DNA from: Octopus vulgaris
Taxonomy: Eukaryota
Direction of reading: 5' to 3'
Assembly: GCA_951406725.2 (NCBI GenBank)
Contig: OX597817.1
Coordinates: 99,138,001-99,202,000 of the forward strand
DNA: 64,000 bases
This document shows, in pieces, positions 36,700-50,215 of this stretch (its first letter is position 1; each line of letters starts with the position of its first letter). The notes under the pieces are model-generated. The model ran no database searches and had not been told where the DNA came from. It saw only the letters and a program-made list of their open reading frames with translations. Made by a program: the position numbers and the translations under genes.

Positions 36700-39600
36700 A
36701 TCATCATCATCGAATAATGTCCACCTTCCATGTTGGCATGGATGGGACAGTTTGACAGGAGTTAGCCAGGCAGAAGCCTGCACCAGACTTCTGTGACTGT
36801 TTTGGCATGATTTTTACAGCTGGATGCTCTTCCTAACACCAACCACCCAACAGAGTGGACTTATTCCTTTTTATGTGGCACAAGCACAGGTGAGGTCAGT
36901 TTTGGCAAGGTTTTCACAGCTGTATGCCCTTCCACTTTACAGTGTGGACTGGATGCTTTTTAAGTGGCACCTGCACTGACAGGGTCACCAAGTAACTTGC
37001 AAGACAAAAATCTTTTGAGAGGGGAGGGGTATTGGAGGAGGTGAGCTTGTGTAAGATTATGCAAGTTTATAGTAGGACAGAGAGATAGAAACAGGTGTCT
37101 TGCTGTAGAGGAGGTATGAGGTTACCCAGCAAGAGAGAGAGAGAGAGAGAGAGAGCTCATGAATGAGGACAGAAACAGGTGTGCTGCTGCAAAGGAGATA
37201 CATGGTTACCCAAACTGAGGGAAGTGCAGGAGAAGGAAAGAGAGAGTGGGAGACAGCAGGATAGAGATGGTGGCAAACTGCTAGGTATACTCACAAGTGA
37301 TGGAGATCAGAATATAAATGAGATGGTCAAGTAAAGGCAGAGAGAGATATAGATGGTGGCAAGTGCCAGGGCATACCCTTGAGGTTTGAAGGTTATAATA
37401 TAAGTGGTAGGATATTGCCAAAGAAGCATGGTTAGAGATTGGGCAAGGGAAGTGAGTGGTGAAAACCTGGGTATATAGAGTGGGGAGGTGCTACCAGATA
37501 GCAATGATACAGAGAAACAGGGCTGTGAGGACAAGATTGGGGAGTGGTAGGCAGGCATAATGCATGAAGAAGGAAATGTGAGGAAGAAGAGATATAGAGA
37601 TACAGATTGGATTGTTGGGGTAAGGTGTGTGAAAAGCTTTCTTGTTATGTGTGGGTGGAACATACAGGTTGGTGGGGCTAGCGGATAGCAATAATACAGT
37701 GAGACAGTGCCAAGAGGATAATATTGGGGAGTGGGAAGTAAGCATAGTGCATGAAATGGAAATGTGAGGTAGAAAAGTGATGTAGAGGTGTAGTTTGGTT
37801 TGTTGTGGTAGAGTATGTGACAAGTTTTCTTGTTATGTGTGGGTGAGACACATAGCACTTCTAGAACTCAGTTGTGCTGACATGGATGAATCTTCTCAAG
37901 AACCTCATATCACCAGATATCTTGGTCTATTGTCCTTTCCTTAGTGAGGCCCAACATCCTGAGATCAGTCCTTACCACTTCATCCCAGGTCTTCCTGGAT
38001 CTCCCTCTTCCATGAATACCATCCACTTTCAGTGATTGGCACTTCTTTATGCAGCTGTCCTCATTCATATGCTTCACATGTCCAAACCAACATAGTCTTC
38101 TCTCTTGCATGCTACATCTGATTCCTCTTATGCCCAACTTTACTCTCAACACATTTATACTTTGTTGTAGATGTACACTGATGTTGCACATCTAATGGAG
38201 CATACTGCCTTCATTTCTCTCCAGCCTATGCATGGCTTCTGCATTCAGAGCCCATGTCTCAATACTAAGGAGTATAGCTATTTGCACACAAGCAGCATAC
38301 AATCTACCTTTCACTCTGAGAGAGAGTCCTTTTGTTGCCAACAGAGGTAACAGCTCCTTGAACTTCCTCCACCCTATTCTTATTCTAGAAACAATACTTT
38401 CAGAGCATCTTCCACCATTGCTAATTTGGTCACCAAGGTAACAGAAACAATCTACAACCTCGAGAGCCTCTTGGGCATTTGAGACAATCTAAGTCCCATG
38501 TACTCTTAGTGCTTATTGTTCCTGCACATCTGCCACATACAAAGACAACTTTATCTGTTAATCTACTAGATACCATGGCAACACTTATGTGTCTGTACTT
38601 TACATTGGGTGCAGCAAATGGAATTTCTTCCAACTCCTTTCCTACATAGTAGAAGAAAGATAGTTTTATCTTCTTTCTTACTAACAACAACTTTAGTCTT
38701 TGCTAGGTTAACTTTAAGGCCATTTTGATTCCAGCTTTTCCTATACCTGGAATTTCTTTTGCAATTCTGTTACAGATTTTGCAATAAGAGCAAGGTCGTT
38801 AGCATATAGCAGTTCTCATAGACATTCAGTTTTGAATTCCTCTGTTATGGCCTGGAGGACTATAATAAATAAGGGTAGGTTGAGAACTAAGCCCTGGTTA
38901 ACTTCTACTTGTAAACTAAATTCATCACTGTATTCATGACTGACAGCACCACTGTACATGGCTTATACAGCTCTAACAAGTCACTCCTCTACTCCTAACT
39001 TCCTTAGAGACCACCATATAACAAAGCAGGGAACTCTGTCGAAAGCTTTCTTTAGGTCGACGAAGACTAAGTACAATGGCTTACTTTTGGTTAAGTACTT
39101 TTCCTGGAGCTGTCTCACTAGGAAGATGGCATCTGTGGTACTCTTCCCAGGTACAAAACCAAACTGCATCTCATTTAGTTTAATTCTATTCCTAATCAAT
39201 TGACCTATAACCCTCTTGGTAACTTTCATGACTTGGTCTAGAAATTTAATACCTCTGTAGCTGCTTCTATCTAAGGCATCACCTTTACCCTTGTAGCAGC
39301 TAACTATAACACTATTGGGGTTGGTATCTTCTTGAATAACCTGATTGGGGATGATGCCTTCCTGAATAACCTGATTAACCTGAATAACCTGAATAACCTG
39401 ACTATATGGGTGACTAAGCTGTATCCTACAGCACCAGAAATTTTTAATCATCTCAGCAGTGATTCCTGATGGCTTAGGGGTTTTCCCTGTCTTCATATCC
39501 TTAATTGCCTTATCTATTATGCTGCTATCAACTCTGGTCCCTCAATTGGTTCAATATTTAGTAGACTCACCTTCTCCTATTCATTCTCCACATTCAGTAA

Positions 39601-40900
39601 CCTTTCAAAGTGACACTTCCATGCATCTTTCTCCTCTAAGTCACTAAGTGCAAGTATATCATTATCCATTCACACACATTTCTTACCCACCACATCTCTA
39701 TTCTCTGATACACTGCTTTGCAATCCTGGACACCTCATGGCTCTGATTCTCATACTGTAAAACATTGGCATATCTCTTACCTTCTGCTATTCGTTTTGCT
39801 ATGTAAACCTGATGTCTAACTGCCCTTTTGGCTACTTGATATAATTTTCTGCTTCCAGAGTTTTTCCAGTCTTTCCAGGCCTGTTGCTTTGCTTTTATAG
39901 CACTGTCTACTTCCTTGTTCCACCACCATATCACCCTTAGTCTAGCTGGAACTCTGCAATAACCACAGATTTTGTCTGTAGCCCTCAGTAGATTGTCCTG
40001 CAGGAACTTCCAATTGTCCTCTAAGCTATATGTCTCCAACTCTTCTTCACTTTTGTCAGAAGTTTCCTTTAGGAAATCTCTAAATTTTTATCTGTTTACT
40101 GAATCTTTGAGCTTCCACAGTCTTCTTTTCCAGATTGGATTATTTCTCAAAGTCTTTCTAGCTCTAATTCTGAAGTTACTAATTAGTAACCTATTTAGTA
40201 ACCTACACTCTTCACCTGGGAAAGACTTTGTATTTTTAAGTATCCATCTATCTCATTGCCTGGTGAGGAGGTAGTCAATCTGGCTTATGTGCCCACCAGA
40301 CTGATAAGTAACTAGGTGGCTGGTTAGTTTTCTGAAGTTAATGTTGCAGAGTATGAGATCATTTGCATCACAGAACTGCAGCGGTCTTGTTCCTTCCTCA
40401 TTTCTAGGTCCAAAGCCATAGCCCCCATGCACTCCTTGGAATCCATAGGGATGCTGGCCAACATGTCCATCGAAGTCACCAGACACAATAACAAAGTCTC
40501 TGTCATTTGTCATTGAGGTAGTCTGCAAAAGGACCTCATAGAATTGGTCCTTCTGCTAACCAGTTAGCCCAGACTAAGGAGTATAGGCAGAGATAAATGT
40601 AACTATTAATTTGTCTATGGTAAGTCTCAGCTTAATTATCCTGTCACATATTCTAACTATCTCAATTACTTTATCTACCCACTTTTCTGCTAACAGTATG
40701 TCGACACCACCCACTCCATCCTCCACTAACCCAGAAGAATTTGAATCTAGCTGAGGCTCCCCTCCATCTTACTTCTTGCACACCACACACATCAACATGA
40801 CATTGCTCCAGAATTTCAATAATCTCCCCACTCCTTCCTTTCACTGTGTCAATACTAATGGTAGCAGCCCTGAGACTGAGTACTTGGGAGTGGTGGTGGG
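36700..40900 (-). mobile_element. Near full-length degenerate RTE-clade LINE
   Basis: APE (VDVCGVQEVRWRG, GDFDGHVG), RT (FVDLKKAFDRVP), (ATG)n tail at about 36700. Confidence 0.9.
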
Positions 40901-43204
40901 AAGGTAGTTGTGGAAATTTTGTCATCATCTGAAAAGATCTATGCAAATGCTTGTCAGCAAGCATAGAGCTTTGGTACATAGTTCACTCAGTGAATTACAA
41001 TGAATCACAGTTTCTCTCATTCCATACAATATCCAGAACAAGAGCCAACAAGAGATGAAGTGTATATAAGAATAGGGTGGTCATATAGGACAGTTTAAGT
41101 GTTATATGTCTAAATATTTATATATGAGGTACCTATAACTCTATATGACAGTCATGCAGGCACCTGCATGAGAATATAAGGGTATAATCAAAATATGTAC
41201 TCACACACACACACAGCGCAGGATGAGTATATGAACCACCAGGTGAAAAAGTTAATGTACAAATTAAAATAGTGGGTTGGGAAGGGGAATAACAGGTGTG
41301 AAAAAATGGACGATGGGCACAGACCTTGTGCAAGCTAAGTTTACAAACCACATAGCTAGACAGGCTTAGAAGAAAAGTCATAGTATTTAACTATTATTAC
41401 TATTAATATCATTCAATAATAATACTAAATTAATACACATAAATTTTAAATGGCAAATTCATTGTATTAGCATTTTGCAATGAGAAGGGGAAGCTGGCTG
41501 AAATTAGAATGAAATTACATGTGGCCTTGGCAAACGAGATATTGAAAGAAGGGGGAAATCCTAAATTCATTGACTAAGTCACATTTGAATAATAATAAAA
41601 ACTTAGCTGTTGATACAAGAGTGAGCAAGCTATTGATTAATGAATGGCATATATATATATATATATATACACATATATATTTTTTTCAAGGCTGTGTTCA
41701 GAGTAAAAGGCCTTGGAGAAATCATCAAAGAGCAGAACTGCATTAAGGTTTTTGGCTTGTACTCCTTCCTACATCCGCCTAACTGTGAGAATTTGAACAG
41801 ATGTAGAGTGGCTCTTCCTGAATCTATTTTGATTTTTCTTAAGAACTCTTTCAATTTGAGGTTGGATTTGATTGAGTAGCAATGCATTGTAAATCTTCAC
41901 TGCAATTGGTGTTAATGTAACTCCTCTGTAGTTTATTGCAAAGCTCAGATCCCCTTTTTGGGGAAAAGGCAGAATACATCCTTTTGTCCAGACTTTTATC
42001 TCACTTTGATGATATACTGAGTTGCATGATTTGAGAAGAATGTCATTGAAATTTCCAGTTTTCCAGACTTCAGGCGGGATGTCATCCAATACAGCATCCT
42101 TTCGGTTTTTGGTCTTCCTCAGAACGACTTCAAGCATTTCTATTGAGAAAGATCACTGCTTGATATCCAGGACCTCCTCAATACGATGCATCCACTGGTT
42201 TGATGTATTCAGTGATTTCCCAAGAAGGTTTTGAAAATGGTCTTTCCACTTACTCAGTCTCTCCTTTGGAGGATTTTTCCAACCACTCACTTCATTTACT
42301 GTCTGTCATGCTAAGGAAGACTGTTGTCTGATGCATTTTTGATTTTGTTGATTTGGCTTTGAATATATCTTTGCTGTTTCATCTGATATAATACAATAAG
42401 TTCTTTCAGTGCCTTCACTTTTCTATTTCTCCTACTAGGGTTCCTGTTGTGCTGTTTGGTTATTTCCTTTATGTTAAGGGGCTCTTCATTTTACTTTTGG
42501 TCTCAAAGGGATGCATTTTTTAACAGACTCCTAATGAGCTTGAACAAAGTTGAGATATGTTGTGTTTCGTGTGTGATCTTTGTTTGCATCTTGTAACATA
42601 TCGAAGAGATTTCTGACTTTGATCATGAAATCATTTTGGAGCAGTCTTATCTTGTTTGCTTGGAGGCTTACCTGAAACTTAGATGTTACCACTCAATGGT
42701 CAGATCATACACCAAAGAAAATGTTATATGCTTCAAAGTTGTGGCAGTTGTTAATCCACTTTTCGTTCATAAGATAGTCTAGCTGAGCTTTGAATCCATT
42801 TGGAGAAGTATGGGTCCACTTCTTTCCCGGTCTCTTCTGAAAATAAGTGTTCAGGCATTGAAGTTTGTTTTCTATCAAGGAATGCTCTAAGTATTCTCTC
42901 TTTCGGTTTGAGGTTTGATGGAATTAGTACTTATGATGGGGATTGTCATGGCCTAATTGTGCATTCATACCTCTGCCAATGATGAGTATGTTGTACAAGA
43001 GATGATAAATCATTATAAAAATTTATGACTTCTTGTTCATTGCTGACATTTGTTGGGCTGTAGCAGCAGGTGACAGTAGTAGAAGGGTCACTGTTGAAAT
43101 TGGCTGCTATTAGTCTAGATGTTATTTTCTCAATACTGTTTTGTAATTTCAGGCCATGCGAGCTGAGTAATAATCCTACATTGCCGATGGTGCTATTAAT
43201 AGTA

Positions 43205-44476
43205 CAGGGACATCGAAAAAGGTTTCCATGATTTCAAAATGAAATAATTAAGTCTGTACTAAAAGTATACTATTTATTTATACACCAAAACACGCAGAAA
43301 ATCTTAAATTTTTCTTCCATTACTTAGCAGGTTTTGATATGAGCTCTCTTTGTTGCACAGCAAATATCTGAGCAATACTTGAACTCCCTCCAGGTGTGCT
43401 GAATCATATCAGGATTCACATTTGCTATTGCTGTGTGGATTCTCTCTCTTAAATGTTGCAGATCCTGGATTTCTTCTGAGTTGACAATTTTCTTCAGATA
43501 ACCCCAAAAGAAAAAGTTAATAGGAGTTAAATCAATGCTTCTAGGTAGCCATAAAACCATTCTTTCCACTCCAACAGCCAGGGAATCTGTTGTTGAGAGC
43601 TTATCACACATTATGGCTGTAGCGAGCTGGCACTCCATCCAGCTGGAAAATTACACTTATTCACTTTTCTCTTTTAATGTCTGCAATTTGACGGAACACA
43701 TAAAGTTCTAGCATGTCGAAGTAACTAGTGTCCGTAATCATGTTTTCTGCAAACATGAATGGGCCAACAACACGATCATGCAGAAGTTCACACCATACAT
43801 TAACCTTGGGTGAATCACTAAATAAAATTCTTTTAAGATAACTATCATTGTCATCAATTTCTCTCAGCATCATTACAGCAAATTCAACACATTTAGGCCT
43901 ATCTGTCTCCTTAATTTTATGTCTCATTTGAATTTTGTAAGCATGTAACCTTAGGCGTTTATGCAGCACATTTTGAATTGTTGTTTTAGGCATACGAAGT
44001 TCCAAAATGTGTAGAGCGATGGAATTCTTAGGACTATGCAAACATGAGTCTCAATTGCTCCACATTCTCTTCCAATGTGTATGGCCAATCTGGAGATTTC
44101 TTAATGTGTGTAGCCGGTCTGGAGATTTCTTAATGTTTCCAGTTTCTTTAAACTGGTTAAATCAACAAACAATGGTTTTGTCTGTAGAGGGATCTTGTCC
44201 ATAAGTACACTAAAAATGACATTACACTAAAACAACTGACTTAAACTCAGCATACCACAACACATGCTGCTCTTTCTGCTGTACAGTCACTGTAATTGCT
44301 GTGGAGTGACTGGCCAGGCGCTTGCTAGTGAAATAGTGATTTCAAGGATAATACAGTGGCAAATATCAAAACTCCTGCAGTTGTTATACAGTCCCACGTT
44401 GATTTCATATAGATTGCTTGATAATAGCTAGTGCAATTGACAACTGAAATCACAGAAACCTTTGCCAATGACCCTG
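43205..44476 (-). mobile_element. Tc1/mariner (rosa-like) transposon
   Basis: TA TSDs; imperfect TIRs CAGGG..AAAGGTTTC..GATTTC; WLPRSIDLTP.NFFFWGYLK. Confidence 0.9.
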
Positions 44477-44816
44477 TATTTTTCCATGCAGATACAGAAA
44501 CAAAAGTCCAGTTGTTATCGAGTTCATGATGCATTAAAATTGTGATCATCATGGAAGAGACGGTGTTCCTGCACACACAAGATGCCAGTATGAAAGTTGA
44601 TAGCCAATGCAGCAAGTTTTGATATTTGAGACATAGATTTCAAAGTTCTTACATTGAAAGTCAATACTTTAAAAGGATGCTTGCATCTGGCAAATCTTGA
44701 TTTTGGTTCAGTAGCTGATTCATCAAATGCTGGTGCTAGAACCGGTGCCCCTGGTCACAAACCTTGGTAATCTACATGATGATCGATGCAGTATGAGTTA
44801 CTGGAATGATCTATAG

Positions 44817-47609
44817 CAGTGCTGCCCAACCTTTTCCGAACATGGGCTGGATTTAAGAAAAATCGATGCTAGTGGGCCAGACTCACATTTCTAGCCTTTC
44901 ATTTTTTAATACAACTATTCGAAATGGTTTGAAAAAGTATTCAGAACTGAAAACATTGATTCTATTATTCTATTTATAGAAATTATCCATTATACAATTA
45001 TAATTCATAATTCAATTTAAACATAAGGGTCCTACATATGATACTATTTCTATTACTTCTTCACTGCTATCAAAAAATTATAGTCTCCAGATATTACATG
45101 AATACGAAATGACCATTAAAAATTTTGATTTAGAACCTTACATCCTATAAAACAAATTTAACAATTGATCAAGATTAAAAAAACATTTGTTCAAATAAAT
45201 GGCTTGTATTTCAATAATAAAACAATTTTATTTTAGATGTATACCGGTAATGAACGAAAATATCAGTGAGAAACTTGAAATTATTTTGAGGCATCAAGAA
45301 ACTTTTCAATGTCTGCCGGAATATTTGTTAAGGCCAGTTGGAGTTCATCTTCAAGGTGAGCATCACTCAAAGAATTTGTTTTGTTCAATTTTACCAATTG
45401 CATGCGACTGAAGAGGTATTCACATATCCATGTCAAACCGAACAAAACAAGAAATCATTTTGAGTAGCAAGTAAGATATGGATATTGAGTGTGAGGCAGA
45501 CCGTATTTGTAGAAGTCCATCAGATTCCTATTTAAAATCTGACTCTTGACATCAAAGTAACTTTGTAATTCATTCAATTCCATTTGAAGCTCAACAGGAT
45601 CCACGTCAAAAGACATTGAAAAAGTTTTCAGCTGGTCTTCACAAGCACAGAAATCCTTAAATCTCCTGGCAAATTCTTCCTACATCTGTTTTAACTCGCT
45701 CACAAAGAATTCCCAATTTATGGCTGAAATGTGCGGCTGTTCCTGAAGGCAAGGAAAGTGAGCATAATTGCTGTCAGCAATTTGAGTAATCCACAAATCC
45801 ATTTTCTTTTGGAAAGCTGTCACCTCCCCAAACAAATTATGGATGAGTTTTTCTTTTCCTTGTAACTGCACATTCAACTCATTCAGCTTGTGTGTAATGT
45901 CCACCAGAAAGGAAAAATCATTCATCCATTTGTCGTCATCAAAATTGATGCATAAATTTCCTTTTGCTTCAAGAAATGCTGCCACATATTCTTGAATATC
46001 GTAAAAACATTTCAAAGTACGTCCATGGCTGAGCCACCTGATCTCGGTAAAGTAAAGAATGCCAGAAAATTTGGCGTTTATCTCATCAAGAAAATTTTGA
46101 AACTATCGATGATTTAATGTGTGACTCCAAATGAAATTGATGGCTTTCACATCATTATCCATGACGTGATCAAACTTAATGATTTTGGAGCAAAGTGATT
46201 CCTGATGTATAATGCAATGGCACCACAATATTTGGTCTTTACTCACATTCAGGGATTCCAGTTTTCTTTGGACGAAACCACACAAGCCTTGTTCCTTGCT
46301 GATCATGGGCATTGCACCATCGGTAGCAATTCCAACCTGGCGATTGTAAGTCAGTCCTGCCTTTTCGAGTGCAATATCGATTTCTTTGAAAACAGCAGCA
46401 TCTGTGCAATTTTCTTTCAGGGGAGCATAGAGCAAGTAATTCTTCAGTGATATTAAAACTTGAATCAACACCTCTCACGAAAATCGCCAGTTGTAGTGTA
46501 TCAGTCATGTCAGTAGATTCGTTGATGGCAATGCTGTAAGTTTCGAAGTTTTTACAAAGTTCGTTCAACTGCATTTTTGTATTTTCGGCCAGTTCTTCAA
46601 TCCTTCGGGTTATTGTATTACGCAACAAGCTAACACATTTTATAGCTTTCTCTTTCTCTGGGCACAGAATTTCAATCGCTGAGGTGATACATTCTTTGAT
46701 AAAGTCTCCTTCCGAAAAAGGTTTCATGTTATGTGCAATCTTTTCAGCAATGACGAAACTTACTTTGGCATATTTTTTCAATCCATCATCTATTTTCCGA
46801 AAAATATTCTGTTGCGAGACTAAATTCCTTTGAAGTAAAAGTACTTTCTCCTTGCGTTGATCTCCTTCATAACGATTATGTTTCAAAGTGTGCTTTAATG
46901 TGTAATGCCGTTTTACATTTTCAACTTTTGAAACTGCGACTGTTTCACCACAGATCAGACAGAGACATTTTGCATTTGATTCCACGAAGAAATATAAATT
47001 TGTCCATGCCTCATTAAACCTGTGATTCTCCTTGTCTACTTTTCTAATTTTTCTAGCCGACGCCATGGATGAACAAAATTTGAAATTTATTGTGAAAAAG
47101 AAACTACTGTAATTTGCTCATTGGTATAAGAAGACCTCCGTATCAAAAGTTGTGCCTGAGTAAATTTGAAATTAAATCACCTCAAATGCCAGTTTTATAG
47201 AATTATTCATTCATCCACTGAGAATCAGTCTTCAAGCACAAAATCTAATGAAATTCTTAGGCGGTGATTTTCCCCATTGATTGAGCAATGTTGTGATTGG
47301 CTGCTGGCTTGAGTCGGCTTGACTTTACAGTTTTCAGCTACCAAAAATCGGTATTCATCTACAACAATGGCAGCAGCTGACTCAGCATGCTTAAAACTAT
47401 CTCTGTCGCAGATAAATCACATTTCATAATGACATATGGAGAAGATCTGCGTGTAGCACACTTCCTTGACATAAAGAGGATACTTTAATGTGATTTTTTG
47501 CGATCTACGAATACATTTTTTGTAATTAGTTTTGCAGATACCCATAAATTGAAGACCAACTAGTGGGCTGGATTCTAAGGCTTTGTGGTTAGGACGGTGG
47601 GCAGCACTG
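44817..47609 (-). mobile_element. Full-length hAT transposon (Charlie/SPIN/GTF2IRD2-like) with disrupted transposase at about 47066-45263
   Basis: 12-bp TIR CAGTGCTGCCCA; 8-bp TSD ATCTATAG (44809-44816, 47610-47617); CLIC..RH, NESTD, TDGA, HCIIHQE, RWLS, terminal QVSH. Confidence 0.95.
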
Positions 47610-47935
47610 ATCTATAGTCATGACTAGTCTTTCGATAGCTCAGTATAATCATCTATTGATGATCACAGTATTACTTTGACAGAACTGGTTGACCCAGCTC
47701 ATTGATGTGTTTTGGATTTCGGTGTCCAGCATCTTGTGAACCTTACCATTGACTAGGTTGACAGTTCTTCCACCAAGGCTTCACACCTGTTATGCTGCTC
47801 TCTATACAGGTAACCAGAGCCCTGTTTGCCAAAGTCTCTTTCATCAGACAGTATAGCTTAATGAGGCAATCCCAGACTGTTGCAACTACCACACGAACTA
47901 TGACATATGTGTGTGTGTGTGTGTGCACACACACG

Positions 47936-47982
<47 letters not shown>

Positions 47983-47987
47983 ATATG

Positions 47988-48044
<57 letters not shown>

Positions 48045-48175
48045 GTGTGTATATATATGTGGGTATGTATATATATATAATTGGAATTTACAAAAAAATA
48101 AACAAAACAAAAGATGAAGACGGGTGTGTAAACAACAAACAGATGTATTAGTTTAATGCTCAGGAAGTGAGAAAG

Positions 48176-48213
48176 TCTTTTACATTTCAAGCCTACACTC
48201 TTCAACAGAAAGG
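48176..48213 (-). ncRNA. Minimal hammerhead-like motif in a pLTR-like cassette (about 48080-48240)
   Basis: CTTT-CTGTTGAA-GAGT-GTAG-GCTT-GAAAT-GTA|AAAG. Confidence 0.6.
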
Positions 48214-48780
48214 AACACAGAAATAAACAGAGAGAGAAAATGTAAAAAAAGGTTTAGTGGCTAGCAATGTATATACATATGTATATATATATATATATGT
48301 GTGTGTATGTATATATATATGGGCTGGCCAGATTGGAGCAATCTCAAGTATAATCAGCCAAAATTGCTAAGATAATCTGGTACTTGACTGAGGAAAGAAA
48401 ACTTCGAATGACCCGTCCTTGTTTTCTTTGTATCGTCTATCTGGATGTTTTGTTGTCCCATTTTTGTATCACCTAACTGTCCGGATGTTTTGCGTTCTTG
48501 TCCCATTTTGTATTTTATGTATATGAGTGTGTGTGTGTGTGTATTTATATATATATATATGTATATACATACGTATATATATATATATATATATATATAA
48601 ATATATGTATATACAAAAATTCTATAATTATAAACATAATTATAATTAGGCTTCAGCAAAAATTGTTTCACCACATACCAAAATTTAGAAATAGCAGTTA
48701 AATGCTATTCCACTACCATAAGATATCTCCCAGACAATAATACTCTCAACTCACGCAGGTAAAGAGAAAAATATGGGACT

Positions 48781-49396
48781 GGCTTTTGGTGAAGGAGTGA
48801 GTTCAACACTACTGATCTCTTTTGAGTTTCTTGCCTTGATATTGATTCATCTGAGATCTTGGATAGCAAGAGGTCAAATTGTTTCTTGAAAACATCTACC
48901 CCCACACCATGGAAATCCATGAGCTACTGGGAGAGACTGAAAGAGCTGCGACTTTACTCCCTGCAGTGAAGACAGCAGAGGTATGCAATGATATATGTGT
49001 GAAAGATACTGGAGGGGATGGCACCAAACTTTGGAACTGAGAATTATACCAGACCTTGAATTGGACATTACTGCAGTGTTCTAAAGCTCCCAGTTATCCC
49101 ACCTAAGGTGAGGACCATGTACTGCAACAGCTTGGGATTCAAGGACCCACAGCTACTTAGCACCTTGCCAAAACATCTGAGGGATCTCCATGGAGTGGGG
49201 GCAGATGTTTTCAAGAAACAACTTGACCTCTTGCTATCCAAGATTTCAGATGAACCAATATCAAGGCAGGAAACTCAAAAGAGAGTAATAGTGTTGAACT
49301 CATTCCTTCACCAAAAGCCAATCACATAGAGTTGGCCAATTAAAAGGTGACAACACTGGCGATACTCCAGCATGGCCACAGCCTTAGGGCTGAAAC
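48781..49396 (+). mobile_element. CR1 3' fragment (48919-49396) preceded by an inverted copy of its own 3' part (48781-48916)
   Basis: ORFs 48705(-) and 49108(+) encode near-identical peptides; CR1 tail at 49358-49396. Confidence 0.88.
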
Positions 49397-49637
49397 ATAT
49401 ATATATTAAGATAGTGGAATATTAGTACGGATTTTGTCACATGGGCTATTCCCTCTACAAAATGGTGATGAATAAGCATGAATAATGAGTAACAGTATAT
49501 AAGAGTAAAAATACATAATGAATAAAATAAAATAAAAGTGAAATAAAATTTATGGTCATAAAAGTGAAAAAAAAATTATGCTCATGTTAGTATATGTATG
49601 TATGTGTATGTTTCTCTCCTTGTTTCTTTTCTGTGTA

Positions 49638-49675
49638 TCTTTCTGTCGAAGAGCGTAAGCTCGAAACGTAAAAGA
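49638..49675 (+). ncRNA. Minimal hammerhead-like motif in a pLTR-like cassette (about 49610-49770)
   Basis: TCTTT-CTGTCGAA-GAGC-GTAA-GCTC-GAAAC-GTA|AAAGA: perfect stems I and II. Confidence 0.7.
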
Positions 49676-50215
49676 CTTGTTTTATTTCTATTCCTGAGCG
49701 CCATACTAATACATTGTTTGTTTGTACTCCACCTGCCTTTGTCTTTTGTTTATTTTCGTAAACCTTCCTGTTATATATATATATATATGCGCAACAAGAA
49801 TGGATGTCAATATGTGTGTGTTATGCGTATATGTTTCCTTCCTAAGTTACTTATTAGAGTATATAAATTAAAGTATATAGGAATAAAAATAAATAATAAA
49901 TAATAAAAAGGAAATAAAAAAATAAAATAGATTAAATAAAAGTTAAATAAATTCATGTTCATGTGTGCATACGTATATATAAACAAGTATGGATGCCTTT
50001 GTTTATGTGTTACCACGTTGGTGTATGCGCATATATGTTTCATTCCTAAGTGACTATATTAGTTCGTAAGTACTTATGCATATTAGTAAGAGGTTATTAA
50101 AGTAATCATATTATTATTTAGATTTAGATATAAAAGCATGGTTATTATTTGTGTGAGCATTTGTGTTCATTTGCGCATTCATTGATATTTATATTCAAAT
50201 TCAATAATAATGATA

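Larger units (their letters stand above)
41690..47900 (-). mobile_element. Degenerate RTE-X-like LINE split by a Tc1/mariner and a hAT insertion
   Basis: IPPEVWK..PFPQKGDL..NYRG..KNQNRFR (ORF 41769); APE CVQEHR near 44570; pieces at 41690-43202, 44479-44808 and 47618-47900. Confidence 0.7.

Noticed and set aside
48385-48420. CTGAGGA-AAG-AAAA-CTT-CGAA hammerhead-like string
   Set aside because: No GAAA-stem III-NUH arrangement could be built.
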